Part shown: positions 21,366 through 40,887 of the stretch, piece after piece
Numbering within the stretch: the stretch's first letter is position 1
How the letters are laid out: each line of letters begins with the position of its first letter
Origin: the human T2T-CHM13v2.0 reference genome, Homo sapiens
Direction: 5' to 3' (one strand)
Assembly (NCBI RefSeq): GCF_009914755.1
Contig: NC_060941.1
DNA length: 64,000 bases
The notes under the pieces: generated by a model
What the model saw: only the letters and a program-made list of their open reading frames with translations
Told to the model about the DNA's origin: nothing
The model's database searches: none
Program-made: the position numbers and the translations under genes

Positions 21366-22938
21366 TCAATTTATGGGGCAAGTCTGATTAGTTTTGTTTT
21401 CTGAGCCAGACAGAACAAACGACTTGAAAAGGATTTCGCTCAGTCACATGCAGTGCACCAGGCAGCGCATCCAGTTTTGCTAGACCAGAATTCAACGTGA
21501 CAGCCTCCGAGGGACGGGGGAGGTTTCTTCCTCCAGTCTCCTGTGAATTCACCGAGTCGCTCAGGGAAGTCATTTTAGCGACACTAATAATTAACCTCTG
21601 AGGCTGCCTCGTACTGCAGAGGGGCTGGAGGTGCTCACACATTCTTCCAACAGCTGGAGCCATAAACCTTTCCTTTCCCTGCCTTGCTAGAGATGGCAGG
21701 AGGCTAAGATGGCAGGAGGCGCTGGGGGTGGGGGATGTTCAGGAGCAGCGGTGCAGATAAGGGGGGAGGCTGGTGACAGTGCTGGGGGACTGTGCCCTCT
21801 GGCAGCTATGCCAGGGAGAGGGGTCTGCGAGCCTCTCTCCTTGTCCTTGCCAAAGGGCCTCCCTCCCGTGTCCCCAAGTCACTAACAGGATCCCTGCATC
21901 CCTTCAGCTGTCTCAGGCCACATGGCAGGGACAGATGCCAGGGCCATGGCTGCGGTGAGTCCCCAGTCCCCAAAAGCAGGGAGCAAGGGTCCTTCCTGGT
22001 AAGGGACTAATGTCCCCACCTGCAGCCCACCGCCTGCACCCAAGCTTCATTCTCCCCTCCTGCTTCAGGCTGTGCTGATGGAAACCAAGGCACTGCCTCA
22101 GGGGAAGCTCTGCACCCCAGCCCAGCCTGCCCGCAGGAGCTGGTTCCTACATTCCTGAAACCTTCTCTTTCCACTGCTCCTGCCAGCAGCCGACTTAACA
22201 TCACAAAAGCAGACTTGCTTTTTTAAAATTATGAAATATTTCAAACATACAAAAATGCAGAAAGCACTAATCCTCCCTGTGCTTGCCACACAGAGCCAAC
22301 AAACGCTGACATCTTGCATGTCTGCCTCCGCTTTCTTTTTTAGAGAAATAAGTGGATGGACCCAGCAGAAGCCACTCCATGTTTGGTTCCGCCTCTGTCT
22401 GTCCTGGCCGGGTCCGATCTGGCAGTGTCTCCCCTGTTCTCGGTCACTCCCTTTCTCCTCTCAGTCTCATGGCTGGGGCCTGTGGCCAGTCAGCCAGAGC
22501 TGCTTAGAAAGCAGGCGTGTGCCCTCCTGGGGCCTTCGTTCTGAAGAAGGCACGGGGGAGGCCGTGTGAGTGGTTTTCGTCTCAGTAAAATAGGTCAGAG
22601 ATGTTTGGAGAGAATCGTGAAATGTACAGCGCGGTCACAAAAGGGGAGTTAGGAGGCAGCGCAGGACAGAGCCAGGCAGGGCGTGTAGTGTGTTCCCAAG
22701 AGGGGCCCCGGGATGGGAAAGCCAAGCCCCAAAGTGCAAGGGGGGTGAGGGAGGGCTACAGGCAGGCCAGGGCAGGACATCCATGGCGCCAGACTCTACC
22801 TCTCATGCCCCACTCAGGCCACTGTCCCACCCCATCCCTCCCCTCGGCACTCGAACCCCAGCTCCTGTGATCCCCAGCAGGACACAGACCACCCCCGACA
22901 CTGTCAGGCCCCCTCATGAGCGCAGAGGTCCCACTCAC

Positions 22939-23002
22939 CGTCCTCCTCCTCAGGCCCTTCCGATGATGGCCCCTTCTCACCATCCAAGTCCTGCTCCTCT
23001 TC
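22939..23002 (-). CDS. MXRA7: MXRA7 coding exon 2
   Basis: Acceptor ttgtcttgcag|GAA. Encodes EEEQDLDGEKGPSSEGPEEED+G. Donor G|GTGAGT. 64 nt, phase 0 to 1. Confidence 0.95.
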
Positions 23003-23874
23003 CTGCAAGACAAGGACAGGGTCAGTGCCCTTGGCACAGACTGGGTGATGGGAAGTGGTGGGGGGGCAGAAGGTAGGGGAGACAGAGGAGGCCCTCGAAG
23101 GTCCAGCCTGCCCACGCCCTGTGGCAGCGCCTGCCCTGTGGTCATGGTCAACCAGCAGGTGGGGGCTGTGTACAAACGATGGGCCAAAGTGACTCGGCTC
23201 ACAAATGCTGAGCTGAGGCGTGTTCTTGACTGTGCACCCCAAGCCCTCGGCCTTGGCCTTTCCCAGGTGGGTGCCTGTTGAGGCTTCTGTGTGCCATTTG
23301 GAGAAGTGGGCCCAGGACTCCCACTGCGACGCTGCGGCCAGCAGACAAAGGGTGCAAGAGGAAAGCTGGCTGGGGTGTCTGTCTGGGACCAGGGCCAGGC
23401 AGCATGGCCATCGCAGCCTCTGGCTTTGCTTCCTTCTATGTTGTTTTCCATCCCCAACTCTCTCAGTGTCCATGTTCCCAAAACTGGAGCCCCACCTCTT
23501 CAGCCAGTTCTCTCCCACACAGAGACACAATAAACAGATGATCAGAGGAATGGCCCGGGATGGCCTTGGTGGAAGGAAGAAGTGACTTCAGCTTGCAGGA
23601 ATGTCAGAGGATGAGAGCGACGTGCCGTGCCCATGGGCTCTGTGGGATTGAAGGTCATGGGGAGGGGACATGGGAGCCCCAGGAACTTCAACTTGGAAGC
23701 CCAGTGGGTAGATGTGGAAATGAATGAATGAGCAGCCCCAGCTGATCCCATGGAGCCCAGCCAGCGTCGGCCGCTCACGGGAGGCTCCCTAACAAAACAC
23801 TGAGCTGTGCCGGGAGGCAAAGTTTTTACAAGCCCCACAGCGGGTCGGAAGTGGCAAACCCAGAGGGGCCTTGA

Positions 23875-24231
<357 letters not shown>

Positions 24232-24726
24232 TGACTACACAAAATGCTGCCTGGGGGGAGCTGCGCAGGCAACACAGCGTCTTCCCTGTTGGGCACTTTG
24301 TACACACAGACTTAGTGCTATCTATGGCGAAGTGGTGCCTGTGTGTCCTGACGTTTCCCAAATTTTGCACAGCAAAGTATCTCTATGGCTGAGGTCGGAG
24401 TGGGCAGGCCTCTTCCGGGGGCAGGAAGAGGAGCCGCTCCATTTGACACAGCAAACCCACTTCTAGGGATCTGCTCCAGACTGGAGAAATGTCCATCAGG
24501 ATTTTTATATAATGACTCTGACCGCGTGCAGTTGAAAAGACAGAACTGGGGACCGGGTGCGGTCGCTCACGCCTGTAATCCCAGAATTTTGGGAGGCCTA
24601 GGTGGGTGGATCAGCTGAGGTTGGGAATTCGAGACCAGCCTGGCCAACATGGCAAAACCCCGTCTCTACTAAAAATACAAAAAAAAATTAGCCGAGTGTT
24701 GTGGCAGGTGCCTTTAATCCCAGCTA

Positions 24727-24945
<219 letters not shown>

Positions 24946-25476
24946 TCATCTTGCTGTAAATGGCAAAGTGGAAATGCACGCATGTGCTCGAAAATGCAGA
25001 GAAAAGGTTTGTTTTTTGGAAGGGCCCACGAGAAACTGTCAGCAGTGGCTACCTCTTGGGAAAGGAGCTTGGGGGGCAGCTTTTCCTTTCCGTCTTATAG
25101 AGTTCAGTATAATTTGGACTTTCCATTAATATGCATGAATGACTAAATATATTTTTTAAATGCTAATGGTGTCTTTGGACAGTCAGATCCAAAGACCCCA
25201 TTTTTTCTTTATTTATTTTCTTATATATTCTAAAAAAGAAAAAAAAAGTAAGAGGCCAGGTGTGGTGGCTCATGCCTGCAATCTCAGCACTTTGGGAGGC
25301 TGAGGTGGGAGGGCTGCTTGAGCCCAGAAGTTCAAGACCAGCCTGGCAACATAGTGCACACCTCGCCTCTACTGAAAATTTAAAAATTAGCTGTGCATGG
25401 TGGCACGCACCTGTGATCCCACCTACTTAGAAGGCTGAGGCAGAAGGATCACTTGGAAAAAAAAAAGTAGAAAGAA

Positions 25477-26560
<1,084 letters not shown>

Positions 26561-26975
26561 CATGGTTGATGTCTCTCTTTAATGACAGGCAAACAGTCAC
26601 TGACCTATTCAGGGCACGGCCCCGGAACTAAGCCCAATATCAAGAATAGACAGGAGGCCAGTTCTCCTATTATGTGCAAAGGACACAAAGATTAAATGAA
26701 AAACAACAGCAACAATGAGCACAGTCCCTGCCTTACGGAGCTCGTGGTCCAGTAGGAAAGACAAACAAATAATTGCACTCCAGGGCGAGGAGTCCATGAG
26801 CCAGGGCAGATCCGTATCCCCAAAGGACCCAGTATCAGCTGACGTGCCCAAGCCCTCCTGAGCACAGAGAGGCTGGTACACATTTAGATTCTGGGCCAGG
26901 CACAGTGGCTCACACCTGTAATCACAGCACATTGGGAGGCCGAGGCAGGTGCGTCGCTTGAGCCCAAGAGGTTGA

Positions 26976-27257
<282 letters not shown>

Positions 27258-28076
27258 TAGTAGAGATGGGGTTTCTCCATGTTGGTCAGGCTGGTCTCGA
27301 ACTCCCGACCTCAGGTGATCCGCCCGTCTCGGCCTCCCAAACTGCTGGGATTACAGGTGTGGGCCACCGCGCCCGGCCTGGAAGTCTGATTTTTAAAAAG
27401 CTGTGGTCATGACCCATTGATGGGTCAGGAAAGCAAATGAGAAGGCCTTACTAGTATTGTTAAAAAAAAAAAAAAATGGGCGACCAAAGTCTTGGTGAAG
27501 TTTGAGGCTTTAATAACTTCAGAAGTATAGATACTACAAATGTACCAAAAAATGACATTTGAAAGGTTATTTACATTTAAAATACCTTGATATCTCTCAC
27601 TCAGATTCTTACAGTACCCCCTCTAGTGCTATACATGGCTCTAGTTGTTCAAACTTCGAAAAACCTTTTATCGACTGTTGGTCAGTGACGGGAAAAGATT
27701 GCACTGGTGATTCCAGCTTCACCAGGTTCCAAAGAACTGGATTTTGTGCACACGTGACCTCAAGGGAGGTCAATTCAGCCCAGGAAAGGGGTCCTTTGCC
27801 TGCCTGTCCCTCCAGACACTAGCACATGCGGAGAATTAAAATGAAAAAATCTAGCACTTGACTGTCAGGAAACTAAGTGGAAAAGAAATTTAAATAAGTA
27901 AATATTCAACTGATGTTTTGTAGGTTTGTACATTTAAACATCTGAAGTTATTTATTAAAACTGCACTAAGACTCTGGGGACACCCCTGTATCCCAGAATG
28001 AAATAAAAGACAAGGCTGGGCGCGGTGGCTCATGCCTGTAATCCCAGCACTTTGGGAGGCCGAGGCGGATGGATCA

Positions 28077-28490
<414 letters not shown>

Positions 28491-29822
28491 TCAAACCTCA
28501 TTTCTACAAAAAAATTACAAAAATTAGCTGGGCATGGTGGGATGTGCCTGTAGTCCCAGCTGAGGCTGAGGTGGGAGGATCACTTGAGCCCAGGAGGTCA
28601 AGGCTGCAGTGAGCCGAGATCACACCACTACACTCCAGCCTAGGTGAAAGAGTGAAAGCCTGTCTCAAACAAAAGAAAACAAAACAACAACACAACAAAA
28701 AACTTCTGGTGTAGCTGTGTGACTTTATATACAGGATGTAATTTAAAATTTCTTTCTTATTGTGACACCTAATTAAAAAAAGCTTGAAAACACTGCTCAA
28801 TTGGCCATTTATTTTGTTGTCTGTGCAGAAATCCCCTGTTCTTTTGGAAGTTGTCCCTTGAATCCCGTGGCCCCAGTTGGGGCGGTCAAACCCTCCCCCT
28901 TCCATCTACTTATCTGGATGGGCGGGGGCATAGGCCCAGGAGCCCAATTTCTGCTTGGGGGACAAGGACCCTCTGGGACCAGAGCAGTGAGCTGCCTAGA
29001 GTGGGCCCGGGTGGAGAGACTCGTTGGAGAGCCCCCTCCCCTACCATGTGCTTGTCCTGAGGCCATTCCACCCTGCCTTTCCCTGCCTGAGAACCGCTCC
29101 ATTCCAACTCCCACAGCCCCTGGACCACGGTGTCCGCCATCCACTGACACCTCTCCTGTCCACCACTCACCACACTCAGACTTTGCAGGCCAAGAACATC
29201 TCAAATTTGCCTGCATCAAATCTCAGCTCTGCTGAAGTCAAGGGTTGGATAGCCATGGAATGTTTTTTTGAGTGGTTATCAAACTGCACCTCATAGAGGC
29301 ATCCCAGGGCCTCACACCTGGGCTTCTACTGGAAATAACATCCTCACTTTTATCTGGGTAACTTGTTAGGCTTTTAAAGAATATACTAATAATAATTGAA
29401 TGAATTCCAATTATTATTATTGTTATTATTGAGACAGGGTCTTACTGTCACCCAGGCTGTTGGTAGAGTGATGCGATCTCGGCTCACTGCATCCTTGCCC
29501 TTCCAGGCTCCGTCAATCCTCCTACCACAGCTTCCCTAGTACCTGGGACTACAGACATGGGCCACGAGGCTTGGCTAATTTGTGTATTTTTGGTATAGAT
29601 GAGGTTTTGCCATGTTGCCCAGGCTGGGCTTGAACTCCTGGGCCCAAGGGATCTGCCTGCCTCAGCCTCCCTGCTTCTGGCTGTGGTGTTTTACTTTTTT
29701 AAAAAATAACGGGGGCCGGGGGCCTGTAATCCCAGCACTTTGGGAGGCTGAGGTGGGTGGATCACCTGAGGTCAGCAGTTCGAGACCAGCCTGGACAACA
29801 TAGTGAAACCCTGGGTCTACTA

Positions 29823-29984
<162 letters not shown>

Positions 29985-30177
29985 TCAAAAACAAAACAAA
30001 ACAAAATAAAACAATAAAACCACCAGTGTTGACTGCATTTTGCCCTGATTTTATAAAAGTGTGGACACAACAGAAAAGTGAAAGTGCTGACTCCAGTAGT
30101 AAGAAGTGCCGGTTTCAGACACAGTGCAATGGAGACAAAGACACAAACCCTTCTGCAAGGGGTGGCTCTTTAGCTTC

Positions 30178-30179
<2 letters not shown>

Positions 30180-30208
<29 letters not shown>
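30180..30208 (+). repeat. (GT)14 microsatellite
   Basis: Seen directly. Confidence 0.95.
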
Positions 30209-30585
30209 CAACGGGATGGGAAGGGATAAAGCAAAACCTTGTGCGAAATACCAGAGCTCCATCGTCTAAGGCTGTGCTCAACAGAGAGCTGGCACTAAGG
30301 ATTTTACCTTCGTGCCTCCCTCATAGCACGCCCATCTTTCCTTCCGCTTTGGCACAATCAAATTTGCAGCTATGTTTTCAGGAGTGTGCACGGTGGGGGC
30401 CTGGAGGAAAGGGAGCTCAGCTGTGTCTGCAGGGAGCAAAGAAGGCCTCAGAGTGGATGAGAAAGCCACGCTGGGTCCGAGATGGGCTTGCCAGGCAGAT
30501 GTAGAGAGAAGGGCATCTGGGCAGAGTGCACAGCCCATGTAAAGGCATGGAGGCACGGAACACCTCGGCTCTTCCAGTGGCTCTA

Positions 30586-30999
<414 letters not shown>

Positions 31000-31859
31000 C
31001 TAAAGCGTTTGGTTTCATTCCTCAGGAAGTGAGAAGCCACCTGAAACTTTCAAACAGGGATAAACAAGGCTGGGCGCGGTGGCTCACACCTGTAATGCCA
31101 GTACTTTGGGAGGCCATGGTGGGAGGGCTGCTTGATGCCAGGGGTTTGAGACCAACCTGGGCAATGAAGTGAGACCCCCATCTCTATAAAAAATTAACAA
31201 ATTAGCCGGGGGTGGTGGCATGTGCTTGTAGCCCCAGATACTTCGGAGGCTGAGGTGGGAGGATCGCTTGAGTCCAGGAGTTTGAGGCTGCAGTGAGCTA
31301 TGATGATGTTACTGTACTCCAACTGAGTGACAGTGGGAGACCCTGCCTCTAAAAAAATAAATAAAAATAAAAAATAAACAGGTGTCAATACAAATTTTTT
31401 AAACGAAAAAAATAAACACGGACAAACAGAGTGAGAGCTGCACTTGGGAGGCTGAGGTGGGAGGATCGCAATGGGGCAAGAGAAGAGGCAGGAGGAACTA
31501 TGAGAAGAGGGTACAGAGCTCAGGGGAGAGATGATAAAGGCCCAAACTGCGATGCTAAAGGCACCTGGCCTTCAGCTCAGCGTTGAATGAATCCGTGAAG
31601 GTGCGGCCAGCCAAAGGCAATCTCTCCAGGGTCTCATGGTCTGAGTCCTCCCCACCATCAGGCAGCTGTGCCATGGTGGGTGCGACCAGGATCATTTCCT
31701 GGAGGCGGCACGAACCCAACAGAGTACGCAGCTGATTCTTCCTGAGGTCTCAAAGGAAACGGAACAGAGCAGCTGCTCGAGCGCTGACTCAAACCTCACC
31801 CAAGGCCATCATCACCGCGGAGTTCCTGTCCATGCCCTTGGTCCCAGGAGTGTTCAGGC

Positions 31860-32270
31860 TACTCGGCTCATGGGCTGAACTGTGTTCCACGCCCCAATTC
31901 ATATGCTGAAGCCTTGGCCCCAACTACCTCTCAGCCTGACTCTATTTGGAAACAGGGCCTTTAAAGAGGTGATTAAGTTAAAATGAAGCCATTAGGGTGG
32001 GCCCTAACCCAAGGACTGCTGTCCTTATAAGAGGAAACTCGGACACACACAGAGACATGAGAGTTGTGAGTGCACAGAGGAAAGACCATGTGAGGAGGCG
32101 GAGAAGGCGGCCAACTGCAAGCCAGCGAGACAGGGCTTAGGAGGACCCGAACCTGCGGACACCCTGAACTTGGCCCTCCAGTCTGCAGAACTCTGGGAAA
32201 AGAAACGTCTGTTGCTGAAGGTGCCCGGTCTGTGGTGTTTTGTTATAGCAGCCCTGGCAAATGAATACAT
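31860..32270 (+). mobile_element. MLT1A/B-like MaLR solo LTR
   Basis: tgggctgaactgtgttcc...ttcatatgctgaagcc ... tgttatagcagccctggcaaatgaataca. Confidence 0.8.
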
Positions 32271-33567
32271 CATGTTTCTGATGAAAGTCAATCAATTTCA
32301 TGGAAACAGTGAATTGAGACAGGCAGCTGGCGTCACCCTGGCTGGTCCCCAGGGCAGGCTGGGCTGAGCCCAAGCTCCATCACTTCACTGATCAGAGTCT
32401 CAGCATTTTATGACTGAATAGAGACCACATTTTAATGTCATGTTCTGGGATAATTTTCTAATTCAGCTTTTCCCTCCAATGGAGGAGGTGGAGGCGGGAG
32501 GGGGAAGGCAAACGGGACGTGCCTCCTGACAGCCTCCCCAGTGCTAGGAGCCTAGGACCAGGGTGCCCCGGAGGCCAAGCTGAGGGGCCCGGCCAGGCTG
32601 CAGTAGCTGGGAGACACAGTGAACCAAGCTCACGCCCTGCAGGCTGCACGCTGCCATTTATGGCTGCCCTGGCTGATTCAAGCTAATTCAAGCGTGATGC
32701 AAAGTGCTGAAGTCGGGAGAGGGAGAGAGGGGAGGGGAGAGAAGAGAGGGATAGATAAGGCGGGGGGAGGGGAGAGAGAGAGAACACTAACAGAGGGAGA
32801 GAGAGTGATAGAGACAGATTTCTGCCTGCGTGTCTGCTGCCCAAGGAGATGGTTCTGCTGTGGGGCAGTGCAAAGAAGGTCTCTTGTGGCCCTGTGGCCA
32901 CCAGAGCTGCCGCATGCTGTGACTGCACCAATCCCACTGGCTAATCCAGAATGACTTTAGAGGACAGCGGCTCCAGGAGGCAGGCCGTTCCTAACTCCCA
33001 AGGGGACACCTGTCCCTCCCCTGCCTGCAGCAGGCAAGGATGGAGATAACAGGAAGGCGACAAGGGGCCTGCCCAGGCCCCCCAACCCCAGAATGGGCCG
33101 GGCCCAGGGCTGCCTCCACAGTGCCTGACAATGCTCTCACTCCTTCCAGAAGGACTCCATTAGCCAATCAGCTGCTCATCTTTTGCAATGGGCCGGGGGG
33201 GAGCAGCAAAGCCCAGCTGGCGCCAGCTCCGGGGGCTTGGTGGTGGGCAGGGAGGGCAGGCTGGGGCAGGGGTCACCTCTGTTCCTCCATACCCGGCAAA
33301 ACAACTCAGCCATCTCCCCCTCCAAACTACAGCTCCAGGCTGGGGACACGCAGGCTCCACTCTCTAAATCCGTATTTGCAACTGGATGAGGCATGTCCCA
33401 GGAACTTCTGTCCAGAACCTAGTAACCCAAGTCTCAAACTGTCCCCCTCTCACTTGTCCAGTTTTTCTTGGCAGCCACAGCATCTCTGACACCTTAACAT
33501 GGCCTGGGAATGTTGATTCCAACCTGACTTCCTTCCTTTCTGTTTTTTTTTTTTTTTTTTTTTTTGA

Positions 33568-33847
<280 letters not shown>

Positions 33848-34677
33848 TGACTTCCTTTCTATTCTGAATTCTAGAGTCTCCCCTTCACTCCAACAGGCTT
33901 CTGGCTTCACCCCTTTGTTCTCCTGCTACAACCATTCAATGCCTTCAGGTGGCACCTACATCTGCTCTCCTCCAATTCATCCTTTTTGGGGAGACGGACT
34001 CATTCTGTAGCCCAGGCTGGAGTGCAGTGGTGCAATCATGGCTCACTGCAGCCTCAACCTCCCTGGGCTTAAGCAACCCTCCCCCCTCAGCCTCCTAAGT
34101 AGCTGGGATCACAGGAGTGTGCCACAACACCCAGCTAGTTTTCTTATTTTTTGTAGAGATTGGGTCTCACTATGTTGCTCAGAGTGGTCTCAAACTCCTG
34201 GGGTCAAGCCATTCTCCTGCCTCAACTTCCCAAAGTGCTGGGATTACAGGCAGAAGCCACCACACCCAGCCCTCATCCAGCTTTAAGAACATCTTCAAAT
34301 GCCAACTTCATAATGTGTTTCCTGCTCAAAACCCATGCCACCTGCCTACATTGCCTGACCTTGTTCAATTTCAATAATCTCTGTTTCTCCAAGTTCTACT
34401 TCCAGATTCTCCTGCCATCAGATTGGGTGAGGTCTCTCTCCTCGATGGCTAAGAACCGAGGGTGCCACTGGGTAGGGGTGGTGGGCTGGGACTTGGGGTG
34501 CTCTTTGCACCATGGCCTCAGGAATGTGATCTGTCCTTCCACATTCACCTCTGCACACACCCCTCTCCTTCCTCTGTCTGGGCAGGGGTCCCCCAGGGTC
34601 ATAGGACCTGATTTGGAGGCCCTTTAATTCTACCCTAGGTTTGCAGAGACTGCTGCAAGGAGGAGGGGACAGAGTAA

Positions 34678-34921
<244 letters not shown>

Positions 34922-37409
34922 TAGTCCCAAGTAGGGATTACAGGCATGCGCCACCACACCTGGCTTTTTGTATTTTTAGTACAGACTGGGTTTTGCCACG
35001 TTGGCCAGGCTGGTCTCGAACTCCTGACCTCAGGTGATCTGCTCGCCTCAGCCTCCCAAAGTGCTGGGATTACAGGCGTGAGCCACCGGACACGGCCAGG
35101 ATCCAGTGTTTTAGAAAATGTTAGAAAACCACTGATCTAGTGTGGCTTCCGCCTAAGGAAAAACAGTCGCTGATGGAAACTTGGATGAACTGCTGGTATC
35201 CCGTCTCTGTCTGAACGCTTCTGGCACAGGAAACTCACTACCTTACAGAGCAGTCTTCCTCTCTGGGGCATAACATAACAGCACGAGGGCAAGAACTGCA
35301 GGCGGCTGTGCAGGGCGCTGGGCTACAGGCCTGGGCAGGGACAGAAACAAGATACCTTCCTGCTGCCCCAGGTGGGAGACAAAGAGACAGGACCTGCCTC
35401 TAGGCAGGAGCCCACAGCGATTTCTGTTCTTTCTTTTTGTGGCATTGTGGCGTATTTATTCAACAGGTGCCTACTGCGTGCGGGCCTGTTGCAGGAGCTG
35501 GGATGTGGCGGGCAAGGGCCCTGCTCTCCGGAACAGGCGTTCCACTGCGGCAGACAAGCCACACTGAAATAAAAGATGACCTCAGACCGGATGAAGTGCT
35601 ATGAAGAAAGCCAAACGTGATGATACACTGGAGAGAGAGAGAGAGTGGGCGGGCGGCAGGCGGGGGACTTTACATCTGCTCACGGGGGCAAGGACATAGA
35701 GAGGAGAGAGGTGAGGACCGACTGCGCGGAGGCTCAGGCAGGGAGGGGTGTGCTGGGCAGGGTCCTGATGTGGGCGCAGGGCTGGCAGGTCTAAGCACCA
35801 GAAAGGAGTCTGTGGCTGTGGGGGGCTGGGAGCAGATGCCGAGTAGGCAGGGTGCTCCTGGACCTGGGGCTGTGGGAAGTTTGGAATTGCACGCGGAGGG
35901 CTGTGAGCAGGGGCCGGGGGGTGTGCTCTCTGCGCTAGGAAGGTCATGCTGGTTGCTGGAAGAGCCTGGCAGGGGTGGGGAGGACGGGAAACAGGGAGAC
36001 CAGTGAGGAGGTCACTGAACAGCCACCGAAGCAGGAGCCAGAAAGATGAGAGGAGGGAGGGCTGCTCTCGGAACACACTCTGGAGAGAGGTGACCAGAAT
36101 TGCAGACAGCAGGTCTTCAGGGCGTGAGGGAGGCGGGGACAACAAGGACATGTCTGGGCTTTTGGTCTGAGCAGCTGAGCGTCGGGGGGGTGGATCCGGG
36201 ATGAGATGAGGAATGCCGGGTGGAGGGGCAGCAGAAATGAGGCACTTGTCAGCGTGTTGGGCTGAGGTGCACGTAGACAACCCACAGGCCAGGGAGCTCA
36301 GGGGAGGCGAGAGCTGGGCGTATAGATGTGGGCACCATCAGCTATTGATCAGGGGGATGGGGGCGGCAGGTGTGTTCTGGAAGGCAGCAAGGCAGGCCTG
36401 GTCCAGGAGTCCTGCAGTTGATATTATGGGCATGAGCTCTTCCAGCAGGGCAAAGAGCAGAGGGAGTGTGCTGGGTAAGCCGCAGACAAGGAGGGAGTAT
36501 GTTGTGGGTGGGGGGTGTCTGGGGAGAGACAGGATCACTGTTCCTGCGAGGAGCCGACCCCATCCGGGCCCCAACCCCTGCCCAGGGCCGACTGCTGCGT
36601 TCCAATGTCCAGACCAAAAGCATCGTCCTGCATTCCAACCTCACATCCCGATCAAGGGCACATTCACAAGCCCTAAACAAACTCTTGCTCAGATGACTGG
36701 AGCATGCCAGATTCAATCCTATCAGATTTAACAGTTTCTGGCAAGTTCCTACAAAGAGGATTTAGAGGACACCAAAAGCTTCATTTAAAAAACAAAAAAG
36801 GAAAACAACAATAACAACAAAACACTCTTGGGCAGCAATCTGTACTCTCCGCAACCCCTATCAGGGAATATCAGGTCGAATTCTAGGTGCTACATTTTGA
36901 GATAGAGAAAATATAGGACAGAGAAGAAAACTAAGAGATGAATAAAATCTGATGGAAGAGGGTTGAAGAAAGTGACTTAATTTTATGGGGGAAAACCAGG
37001 TTGAACAATTTTGACCATGACCAGCTTGAAATATAGTAATAGAAGATAAGGGCTGGGCACAGCAATTCACATCTGTAATCACACAGCCTCAGGAGGCAGA
37101 GGCAGGAGGTTGGATTGAGGCCAGGAGTTCGAGACCAGGCCTAGGCAACATAGCAAGACACCATCTCTACAAAAAGTTTAAAAATTAGCTGGCTGTGGTG
37201 GTGTGCACCTGTAGTCCCAGCTACTTAGGAGGCCGAGGCATGAGGATCCCTTGAGCCCAAGAGGTCAAGGCTGCAGTGAGCTATGATTGTGCCAATGCAC
37301 CCCAGCCTAGTTCTCTAAATAAATAAGTAAATAAATAAATAAAAGAAGAAGAAGAAGAAGACAAGTGGTCAGTTTTTAAAATCTCTTGAGGGCCGGGCGC
37401 AGTGGCTTA

Positions 37410-37811
<402 letters not shown>

Positions 37812-38197
37812 TCACCATAGGAAGAACTTCCTGAAAGGCTAACGGCTGACTTGACTATGGAGTAGGGTTTCCTGCTGATCTCCAGCAGAACACCACTGGG
37901 CTGGGGGCATTTTCTTCTCTTGAAGTGGGAGGATGGATTGAGCCCAGGAGGTGGAGGTTGCAGTGAGCTGAGATTGCACCACTGCACTGCAGCTTGGGTG
38001 ACAGAACCAGACCTTGTCTCAAAACAGCAAGATTTATCTCAGACTCTGAGTCCTCAGCAAATAAGAATCAGGCCAGGAGAAAAACGATGAATACCAAGGT
38101 CATCACACAAGAAGGCCCTTGCTGAGAATCTGCCAGGGTTGTCTCACCCAGAGGTCAGGTTGGTCAGCGGGTTATAAATGTGCGCAAGGAGTTCTCA

Positions 38198-38644
<447 letters not shown>

Positions 38645-39042
38645 GAGGTCCTAGCTCAAAAAAAAAAAGAATGCATTGAAAAAAACAAAAAACTGGAGCT
38701 GATGCCTGGAAAGTGGACAATCACTTCTGTAAGTTCTATGGCAATTCAGAGGCAACATTTGAAGATAAACAACTTCCGTGAGTCCTGCAATGGGTTTTCT
38801 CTGGGCCATCAAATCTCATGCCGACATTGTTTTAGCCAATGTAACCCTGTGTCCAGAAAACAGCATCATAGCCGGGCGTGGTGGTGGCCACCTGTAATCC
38901 CAGCTACTCAGGAGGCTGAGGCAAGCAGAAGAATCACTTGAACCCGGGAGGCGGAGGTTGCAGTGAGCTAAGATTGTGCCACTGCGCTCCAGCCTGGGCG
39001 ACAGAGGGAGACTGTCTCCAAAAAAAGAGAAAAAGAAGATAG

Positions 39043-39866
<824 letters not shown>

Positions 39867-40429
39867 TCAGGGATCTGGCATTTCTCTGGAAGACGGTTTA
39901 CCAGAGGCCCAAGCTGGTCTCCCTCCTCCCACAGTGTGGTTTGAGCCGAGTGGGAAAGAGCGGGGCTACAAAAAGGAAACTGTCTGCATGCTCACCATTT
40001 CAGTTCTAGCTCTCCAAAGCTAGGTGGCTTTTTTTCTCAAGACATATTCTTTAAAAACATACTCCTTCTTGCTAAGCAGAAAATTCTAGCTGACATTAGT
40101 CTGTAACCAAGGCTCTTTCTCTCTGAAAGAACAAAGTTTATCTATTAGGAAAGCCCCTGGACTTCTTTCATATATGGAAAAAAATTAAGTTAGGCACTCA
40201 AACAACTTTACAAAAAAATACCCACTGGAACTACTGAACAGGGAACTCTACTTACAGCCCTCCAAGGCATCTTCTATTCAGTTGCTCTATATCGTTATAG
40301 TTATTGTGAATACAATATTTTATGTTCTACCTTTTTACTTATTTCATACTAATTTGCTAATGAATCCAATGTGCTAATTAATGAACATTTGGATTATTTC
40401 TAGTTTTTTCCCCAGTAAGTCACTGGGCT

Positions 40430-40800
40430 TGTTCTGGACTAAATATTTGTGTCCCCTGCAAATCTATCTGTTGAAGTCTTAACCCCCAGTGTGATGGTAT
40501 CTGGAGGTGGGGGTCTTTGGGAGGTGAGATTTAGACGAGGTCACGATGGTGGAGCCCCTACAATGCTATGAGGGCCCTGATAAGAAGAGGAAGAGACATC
40601 CCTCTCTCTCTGGCATGTGAAAGTACAGCAAGAAGGTGGCTGTCTGCAGGCCAAAAAGAGAGCCCTCACCAAAACCAGAATCTGCCAACACCTCCATCTT
40701 GGACTTCCCAGCCTCCAAAAGTGTAGGAAATAATGCCTGTTGTTTAAGCAACCCAGTCTGTGGTATTTTGATATATCAGCCTAAGCTGCTTAAAGACAAG
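40430..40800 (+). mobile_element. MLT1A/MST-like MaLR solo LTR
   Basis: tgttctggactaaatatttgtgtcccc ... ttggacttcccagcctccaaaagtgtaggaaataa...gtggtattttg. Confidence 0.8.
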
Positions 40801-40887
40801 GACCTAAAGTGATATAAACAACTGGCAAATATCTACTTGGCCCTCCACTACTTGGCTTCTGAGATTTTGCTAAGAGAACAGAAAGTA

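Noticed and set aside
22756-23530. 208-aa and 241-aa ORFs around MXRA7 exon 2
   Set aside because: Only 22939-23002 is bounded by good splice sites. I found no convincing in-frame upstream acceptor.
35582-36280. 232-aa ORF in a purine-rich intronic stretch
   Set aside because: Low-complexity composition, probably a decayed L2-type repeat. No coding signature.
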